From: Flavobacteriales bacterium
Lineage (GTDB): Bacteria > Bacteroidota > Bacteroidia > Flavobacteriales_F > PHOS-HE28
NCBI GenBank assembly: GCA_016705955.1
Contig: JADJKO010000007.1
Location: forward strand, 128,944-192,943
DNA: 64,000 bases
Reading direction: 5' to 3'
The notes beneath the pieces are model-generated. The model was not told the origin of the DNA, searched no databases, and saw nothing but the letters and a program-made list of their open reading frames with translations. A program made the translations under genes and the position numbers. Of this stretch, positions 58,110-64,000 are shown in pieces. The first letter of the stretch is position 1. Each line of letters begins with the position of its first letter.

Positions 58110-61100
58110 ATGCGATGCGCCCTTGGTCCGCCGTTGCTGGCCTTCCTTCTGGGGTCCCTCGCCACGGCCGCCCAACAGTACGACCTGCGGACCCTTTCCT
58201 TGGAGGAGGGTCTTCCCAGCGCTGCTGTGAACGCCCTGTGCGAGGATTCGGAAGGCTTCCTCTGGGTTGGGACCGCTCAGGGAGCGGCGCGCAGTGAAGG
58301 GTCTCATTTCGAATCCATCGGCGGAGCGGGTAGCGGTCCGGATCGCATCACCGCCATCCACGGTGCGCCGGACGGCCGCGTATGGATCGGAAGGGAGAAT
58401 GGCACCACGGCGGTCTGGGAAGGTGGCGACCTGAGATCGATGCAACGTGCCGCTGATGGCCATCCGGTAACGGACTTTGTCATCACGGATGAATGGATCT
58501 GGTGGGCCACCGCGGGATCGGGCATCATGCGGTGCAAGCCGGATGGATCCGCAGCGCAAGAGTCCGGCGTGGGCTTGGCAACATTGCAGGTGAACGCGCT
58601 CGTGCGCAGCGTGCGCGGCGTGCTCATCGCAGGCACGGACAGTGGAGTGTACATCCTTCAGGGTGATCGGTGGAACCCGATCGCAACCAACGCACTACTA
58701 CCGGACATCCGGGTAAGCGCACTGTTCGCGGACAGCCTCGGTCTTCTCGTCGGTACTTCGAATGGCTACATGGAACTCAACACCCACCTGGATCCCACTC
58801 CACTGGTCGATCGCATGTTGGGTATCTATCCGCTGGCGCGGCCGGATCCACGCATCACCGCGCTCATTCGCGCGCGCAACGGTGATCTATGGCTGGGCAC
58901 GCCGACCGGCCTACAGCATCTTTCGCGTTCACGTGGCTTTCCACGCCTGCGCACGATCCGCGAGAAGAACGGGCTGGGCCACGATCATGTGCGCTGCCTG
59001 ATGGAGGATCGCAGCGGCGCGGTCTGGGTGGGCACGGCATTCGGTGGGGTTGCGCGCTTCACCGGTGATGCGTTCATGCACTTCACCGACCGTGATGGAC
59101 TGGCATCGCGCACCGTGACCGCGATCCACCGCACGCCGGACGACCTCCTCTACCTCGCTACGGCCGGAGGAGGTGTGGCCCGCTGGAATGGGGAGATCGT
59201 AACGGTGTTCGGCCCCGGTTCAGGATTGACGGATCCCACGGTGCAATGCCTCGGCGAGGATGTGCAAGGTTTCCTGCTAGCCGGAACAGAAGGTTCCGGT
59301 CTGTTCCGCGGCCGGGGTGATCGCTTCGAACGAATTCCGGCGAGCAAGGGGATCGATGCGTTGGACATCCGTTGCATCCAACTGGACCGCGAAGGGCGCT
59401 CGTGGGTGGGTACGGATCGCGGACTCTACGCCGATCCCGGAGATGGCAGGTACATGCACATCGCCGGTCTGGATCACCCGGTGAACAACGTTGAATGCAA
59501 TGGCGACACGTTGTGGGCAACCACGGACCGCGGGCTCTTCCTGCTTCCAACCCGCACCTTGCCGTGGCGCTTCCGTCAACAGCTTCAGGTACCCACGGTA
59601 GGACTGACCGACCTCGCGCGCGACACGCCGGGCAATCTCTGGATCGGAACGGAAGGCCATGGCCTGTACCGGTTGCACCTCAACCACCTGGACAGTTTCA
59701 ACGTGGGCCATGGACTGTCCAGCAATTCAGTGGAGCAGGTCCTGCTCGATGCGCTGGAGAACGTGTGGTTGGGTACGCGGCGCGGCATTGATATGCTTGA
59801 ACTCGACGTGATGCAGGAGCAGGTCCTTGATCTCAAGCACTACGGTGCGGACGAAGGGTTCATCGGCATCGAGTGCGTTCGCAACGCATGCCTGCTCGAC
59901 CGTGACAGCGCCATGTGGTTCGGTACGGTGCGCGGTGCTACACGCTATGATCCGCGGTGGTTGTTGGAGGATCCACGCGAACCACTCGTACACCTCACGG
60001 ACCTGCGGTTGTTCTACGAACATCCCGATTGGAAACCGTGGTGCTCCGGGACCGATCGGCGCGGATTGCCCTCGGATCTCGCACTGCCGTACAACAAGAA
60101 CCACCTCACCTTCGCATTCACCGGTATTTCCCTAGCGTACCCGGAGAAGGTGCGCTACCGGTACATCCTGGAGGGCTACGATCCGGATTGGTCCCCCATC
60201 ACCGCCACGGATCGGGTCACGTACAGCAACATTCCGCCGGGTGAGTATGTGTTCAAGGTCCTGGCGCGGAACGGTAGCGGCATCTGGACGGAACAACCGG
60301 TGACCTATGCGTTCACCATCGCACCACCGTTCTGGCAAACGGGAACCTTCCGAGTGGCCAGTGGCAGCACCTTGCTCCTCGGCTTCTTCGGCTTCGTCCG
60401 GTTGCGCACGCGGCGACTGCGGCTGGATCGCGAGCGGCTTGAACGCACCGTGCGCGAACGCACACGCGAACTCGCTGCCGAGAAAGAGCGCAGCGATGGC
60501 CTTCTGCGGAATATCCTCCCCGCGAGCACGGCAGAGGAATTGAAGGAGCGCGGTGCCGCGAAAGCGCGCCGCTACGAACGATGCACGGTGCTCTTCAGCG
60601 ACTTCAAGGGCTTCAGCACTTTCAGCAGTAACATGGACAGCGACCTGCTGGTGGCTGAACTGGACCACTACTTCCGCCTCTTCGATCGCTTGTGCGACGC
60701 ACACCACATGGAGAAGATCAAGACCATCGGCGATGCGTACATGTGCGCATCGGGGATCCCGGAACCGAGTGCAACACATGCGTTGGATGCCGTGCGCATG
60801 GGCATGGCCATGTTGGAGGCCGTGGAGAAAAGCAACACGGAACGACGCGCCAAGGGTCTGCAGGAATGGCCCGTGCGGATCGGGATCCACAGCGGACCGG
60901 TGGTGGCCGGTGTGGTGGGTGAGAAGAAATTCGCGTACGACATCTGGGGCGATACCGTGAACCTGGCGAGTCGCATGGAAACCCATGGCGCTGCCGGGAG
61001 ATTGAACATCAGCGGGCCGGTCTACGCCCAGGTCATGGACCATGTGGAAGTGGAACCACGTGGACCCATCAAGGTGAAGGGAAAGGGCGAAGTGCAGATG

Positions 61101-61151
61101 TACTTCGTGGTCGGGCTGAAGACCCCGGGACATGATCATGGCGTCGTGTAG
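58110..61151 (+). CDS. sensor adenylate cyclase: periplasmic two-component-regulator beta-propeller plus Y_Y_Y domain, one TM, coiled coil, class III nucleotidyl cyclase
   Basis: Signal peptide. Repeated propeller motifs (LWVGT, LWIGT, VWVGT, LWLGT). Y_Y_Y-like YRYILEGYDPDWS. TM helix (TLLLGFFGFV). Cyclase motifs FSDFKGFS, KIKTIGDAYM, YDIWGDTVNLASRME. The Lys/Asp specificity pair indicates ATP. Confidence 0.75.
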   Translation: MRCALGPPLLAFLLGSLATAAQQYDLRTLSLEEGLPSAAVNALCEDSEGFLWVGTAQGAARSEGSHFESIGGAGSGPDRITAIHGAPDGRVWIGRENGTTAVWEGGDLRSMQRAADGHPVTDFVITDEWIWWATAGSGIMRCKPDGSAAQESGVGLATLQVNALVRSVRGVLIAGTDSGVYILQGDRWNPIATNALLPDIRVSALFADSLGLLVGTSNGYMELNTHLDPTPLVDRMLGIYPLARPDPRITALIRARNGDLWLGTPTGLQHLSRSRGFPRLRTIREKNGLGHDHVRCLMEDRSGAVWVGTAFGGVARFTGDAFMHFTDRDGLASRTVTAIHRTPDDLLYLATAGGGVARWNGEIVTVFGPGSGLTDPTVQCLGEDVQGFLLAGTEGSGLFRGRGDRFERIPASKGIDALDIRCIQLDREGRSWVGTDRGLYADPGDGRYMHIAGLDHPVNNVECNGDTLWATTDRGLFLLPTRTLPWRFRQQLQVPTVGLTDLARDTPGNLWIGTEGHGLYRLHLNHLDSFNVGHGLSSNSVEQVLLDALENVWLGTRRGIDMLELDVMQEQVLDLKHYGADEGFIGIECVRNACLLDRDSAMWFGTVRGATRYDPRWLLEDPREPLVHLTDLRLFYEHPDWKPWCSGTDRRGLPSDLALPYNKNHLTFAFTGISLAYPEKVRYRYILEGYDPDWSPITATDRVTYSNIPPGEYVFKVLARNGSGIWTEQPVTYAFTIAPPFWQTGTFRVASGSTLLLGFFGFVRLRTRRLRLDRERLERTVRERTRELAAEKERSDGLLRNILPASTAEELKERGAAKARRYERCTVLFSDFKGFSTFSSNMDSDLLVAELDHYFRLFDRLCDAHHMEKIKTIGDAYMCASGIPEPSATHALDAVRMGMAMLEAVEKSNTERRAKGLQEWPVRIGIHSGPVVAGVVGEKKFAYDIWGDTVNLASRMETHGAAGRLNISGPVYAQVMDHVEVEPRGPIKVKGKGEVQMYFVVGLKTPGHDHGVV

Positions 61152-61238
61152 GGACCATCGATCCCCATTCTATCCGATCCTTGCTGGATCCAATTTGCGC
61201 AGCTAGCTTTCGTCTTCATTCACCAAAACCCTTGTCCC

Positions 61239-61826
61239 ATGAGAACCCGGAATTTCTTGATCCCGATCCCCTTGACGGCCATGCTGTTCATTGTCGGCTG
61301 TGGCGATGGCGGGCACGGCCACAATGATGGCATGATGGCCGATCACATGGCCATGATGAAGGCCGATAGCGCGAAACAGGCTCAGGCCAATGCGCAAATG
61401 GAAACCTTCCAAAAGGTCTTCGAGATGTTCAATACAGGAAACATGGAAGGCTTGGATGCATTGGTCGCCGCGGATATGATCGATCACAATCCGGATCCAA
61501 TGGCCACCATGAAGGGGTTGGATGGATTGAAGGAGATGATGGGGATGTACAGGACAGCATTCCCTGACATTAAGGAGACCGTGGAGCGCATCACCTCCGA
61601 TGGCGACATGGTCTATGCCCACTACCACATGACAGGAACCAATACCGGTCCGATGGGTCCGATGCCTGCCACAGGCAAGGCCATGGATGTCATGGGCATG
61701 GATATCGTACGGTTCGCCGACGGCAAGGCCGTGGAGCATTGGGGCTACATGGAAGAGAGCAAGATGATGCAGCAACTTGGGATGATGCCGCCACCGGACG
61801 GTGATCAAAAGGGAAAGAAGATGTAA
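61239..61826 (+). CDS. ester-cyclase (SnoaL-like / NTF2-fold) lipoprotein with unusually Met/His-rich sequence
   Basis: Lipobox LFIVGC. Conserved ester cyclase motifs (MIDHNP, RTAFPD, PATGKAMDVMGMDIVRFADGKAVEHWGYM). About 14% Met, with GHGHNDGMMADHMAMM and MGPMGPMP stretches. Confidence 0.6.
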   Translation: MRTRNFLIPIPLTAMLFIVGCGDGGHGHNDGMMADHMAMMKADSAKQAQANAQMETFQKVFEMFNTGNMEGLDALVAADMIDHNPDPMATMKGLDGLKEMMGMYRTAFPDIKETVERITSDGDMVYAHYHMTGTNTGPMGPMPATGKAMDVMGMDIVRFADGKAVEHWGYMEESKMMQQLGMMPPPDGDQKGKKM

Positions 61827-61842
61827 GAGTTTGCTCATTGAA

Positions 61843-61878
61843 ATTGAAAAGGCGGGGACGGGATCCCCGCTTTTCAAT
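61843..61878. terminator. bidirectional hairpin between convergent genes
   Basis: ATTGAAAAGGCGGGGA-cgggat-TCCCCGCTTTTCAAT (one bulged G), then a T-run. It lies between the lipoprotein stop (61826) and the convergent SDR stop (61908). Confidence 0.6.
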
Positions 61879-61907
61879 TTCAGATCGACAACAAGGAGTC
61901 TCAGGGA

Positions 61908-62726
61908 TCACGTTTCCCGCTTCGGCAGGCGCTTCAGGTAGATGTTGCTGGCCACGCGTTCCACAAGTGCATCCGGGAACAACTTCATGAACCACGAAGT
62001 GGTCCGATCAAGAAAGCCGGGCACCACCTCCGCGCGCCCGGCCAGCAAGGCATCCACCGCAGCACGCGCGATCGGACCCGGTGGCTTCCCGAAACGCTTG
62101 GCGAGATCATCCATGGCCTGCATGTTCGCGCGTTGTGTGAATCCGGTGAGCACCGTTCCGGGGCAGACGCAACACACATTCACCCCTGTGTCCTTCAGTT
62201 CCAACCGGAGCGATCGTCCGAAGCGCAGCAGGAACGCTTTACTTCCGCTATAGGTCGCCAAGGTGGCTACGGCACTGTACGCGGTGAGGCTGCTCACCAT
62301 CAGGATGTACGACTCGGGTCGGACGCGCAGCACCGGCAACAAGCGATGCGTCAATTCCAAGGGAACCTCCACGTTCAGGCGCATCAACTTCCTATGATCA
62401 TCCATGGATACATCCTCGAAGCAACCCCAGAAGGCTTGGCCTGCATTGTTCACCAGCGCCGTGAGCGGCTCTGGAAGTGAACGCGTCGCATCAACCAACC
62501 GGTCCATGGCGTCCGCTTCGAAAAGATCAACTGCGATCGCGGTGGCGCGACCTCCATTCAGCGCACCGCATTCCATCACAACCTCTTTAAGCGAAGCTTG
62601 CGAACGCGCGGTCGCAAGAATGCCGAATCCTCTTAACGCCAATTCCAGCGCGATCGCCCGCCCGATCCCCTGCCCTGCCCCGGTGATCAGGGCATAGCCT
62701 TTCGATGTTGCGCCGGGTTCCGTCAC
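61908..62726 (-). CDS. SDR-family short-chain dehydrogenase/reductase
   Basis: TGAGQGIGRA cofactor motif, NNAG, catalytic YSGSK. Confidence 0.85.
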   Translation of the reverse strand: MTEPGATSKGYALITGAGQGIGRAIALELALRGFGILATARSQASLKEVVMECGALNGGRATAIAVDLFEADAMDRLVDATRSLPEPLTALVNNAGQAFWGCFEDVSMDDHRKLMRLNVEVPLELTHRLLPVLRVRPESYILMVSSLTAYSAVATLATYSGSKAFLLRFGRSLRLELKDTGVNVCCVCPGTVLTGFTQRANMQAMDDLAKRFGKPPGPIARAAVDALLAGRAEVVPGFLDRTTSWFMKLFPDALVERVASNIYLKRLPKRET

Positions 62727-63562
62727 TGACCCAGCCGCTGGAAGCGATGATACAACGGAGTGAAGGCACCGTCCGCACGCGACTGGTGTTTCCCGCTGAT
62801 GATCGGGATGTACATCACCCGGCGACGGCTGGCCTCACCGATCAACCTGCTTTGTTCCACACGGTGCCAGATCCGACCGTCGTGCAAGGTGATATCACCC
62901 GCTTGGATAGCGAACCCGACCTCCCCGGGATCCGGGCGGTGATCCACGAAATAACGTTTGCGGAAGAGCATACCGCCAAGGTGTTGGCGATGTGTACCGG
63001 GCAGGAGTCGCAATCCACCATTCGCAGGATCCTGATCGTCCAAGTGGATCCCCAGGTTGATCATCGGCCGGATGCGCTGGCCCAGGAACACATCGCGCAA
63101 TGAATCCGTGTGCCATCCCATGCGCGTGAAGGAACTGCCATCGACGTTCACGTAATGATTCACCACCAGGCCGTCCTTTTCATCCACCCCCAATCGTGCA
63201 TCGCCACTGATGAGTTGCAGGAACGGCTCGAATCGCGGGTCACGTAACATCTCCGCCAGTACGGGATGATGAAGTGAAGCGAACGCGAACCGTTGGATGA
63301 TCACGCGCCCATCCACATCCCTCCCGTACTTGATCGGCGTACCGTTCACCTCCTTCACTTCATCCCTTATCCAACGGTCCTCCAGTTCCCGGATCGCCGT
63401 CAACAACACATCCACTTGCCGGCGATCGAAGAAACCTTTCCTATGAAGGAATCCATTCCTCTCGAAGTCGGCCCGATCCGCAGGCGAAATTCCTGTACCA
63501 TGGATGGCTGATGCATCCATCACCCCTTGCGGTGATCCGTGAACCGTACTGTTGGACATCAC
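62723..63562 (-). CDS. phytanoyl-CoA dioxygenase (PhyH) family Fe(II)/2-oxoglutarate oxygenase
   Basis: PhyH-like length and motifs (WHTD ... H ... R facial triad region). ATGA overlap with the SDR gene. Confidence 0.75.
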   Translation of the reverse strand: MMSNSTVHGSPQGVMDASAIHGTGISPADRADFERNGFLHRKGFFDRRQVDVLLTAIRELEDRWIRDEVKEVNGTPIKYGRDVDGRVIIQRFAFASLHHPVLAEMLRDPRFEPFLQLISGDARLGVDEKDGLVVNHYVNVDGSSFTRMGWHTDSLRDVFLGQRIRPMINLGIHLDDQDPANGGLRLLPGTHRQHLGGMLFRKRYFVDHRPDPGEVGFAIQAGDITLHDGRIWHRVEQSRLIGEASRRRVMYIPIISGKHQSRADGAFTPLYHRFQRLGQ

Positions 63563-63661
63563 GATGCTCGAATTATTGATGGAAAGGTAGCGCGCGACCG
63601 GCTGACCCGATAGGTGGGATATACAATGGATGTTAACACCCCCTGCCTCTACGGATCGAGG

Positions 63662-64000
63662 TCAACCCATAGCGGCTGCCTTCCCGGCCAACCAGCCCGT
63701 ACTCCACGCCGCCTGGAAGTTGAAGCCGCCCGTGACGCCGTCGATGTCCAACACTTCACCGGCGAAGTGTAGGCCGGGAAGCACTTTGCTTTCCAGCGTC
63801 GCGGGATCCACCTGTTGCAGGGCAATGCCGCCAGCTGTCACGAACTCCTCTTTGAAGGTCGTCTTGCCGTTCGCCTCGTAGCGATCGTTGGTGAGTACGG
63901 CAAGCAAGCGGTCCATCCCTTTCTTCCCAAGTTCGCCAACGGGCTTCTCCAAGGGGAGGTCCGCACGTTGCAGGAGATAGGACCAGAGTCGTGCAGGCAG
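63662..64000 (-). CDS. HI0933/BaiN-like NAD(P)/FAD-dependent flavoprotein, C-terminal part; truncated at the window edge
   Basis: C-terminal signature TAGGIALQQVDPATLESKVLPGLHFAGEVLDIDGVTGGFNFQAAWSTGWLAGKAAA. The frame stays open to base 64000. Confidence 0.6.
   Translation of the reverse strand: MPARLWSYLLQRADLPLEKPVGELGKKGMDRLLAVLTNDRYEANGKTTFKEEFVTAGGIALQQVDPATLESKVLPGLHFAGEVLDIDGVTGGFNFQAAWSTGWLAGKAAAMG

Noticed and set aside
1-64000. Search for CRISPR arrays, rRNA genes, integrase/transposase genes or other mobile-element hallmarks.
   Set aside because: I saw no direct-repeat/spacer periodicity, no rRNA-like conserved blocks, and no recombinase or transposase motifs in any frame. The window looks like core chromosome with small lineage-specific insertions rather than a classical island.

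Overview
The window is a 64-kb chromosomal stretch from a high-GC (~60%) member of Bacteroidota. The phylum call rests on six proteins with type IX secretion (T9SS) C-terminal sorting domains, on the DUF4783, DUF4834 and YfhO family proteins, and on the rluD-PASTA-ddl neighbourhood. Coding density is very high, with frequent 1-4 nt start/stop overlaps of the ATGA, GTGA and TGATG kind. The high GC content produces many long antisense ORFs in the six-frame track, which I treated as artefacts. In order the window holds: (1) a lipoprotein trio of two tandem di-heme cytochrome c peroxidase (CCP/MauG/MbnH-like) paralogs plus an MbnP-like partner. One CCP is frameshifted; the other has a degenerate second haem motif. 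(2) An AddA-like helicase-nuclease and an AddB-like nuclease separated by a translationally coupled GNAT gene and two tandem paralogous PKD-domain T9SS type-B cargo proteins. These two share a conserved cysteine-rich N-terminal module. (3) An orphan OmpR response regulator divergent from a menaquinone operon (menI-like thioesterase, menF, menD, menA, menC, menE). (4) rluD, a T9SS type-A cargo gene, a PASTA-domain protein and ddl. (5) Two glycan-biosynthesis loci carrying Wzx flippases, GT2/GT4 glycosyltransferases, FkbM and SAM methyltransferases, an epimerase, a Wzy/EpsG-like membrane protein and YfhO. These flank housekeeping genes (rdgB, rlmH, nadC, a frameshifted yihY), a large M1 metallopeptidase with a possible outer-membrane C-terminus, and Kelch and DNRLRE T9SS cargo proteins. 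(6) A DEAD-box RNA helicase with a (GGGGGYK)n tail, a small HTH protein, a periplasmic beta-propeller-sensor adenylate cyclase, a Met/His-rich ester-cyclase-fold lipoprotein, an SDR oxidoreductase, a PhyH dioxygenase and a partial HI0933-like flavoprotein. I found no CRISPR array, rRNA gene or convincing tRNA gene. Three clear hairpin terminators are present. Two frameshifts both sit in short homopolymer runs, so sequence quality is a caveat.
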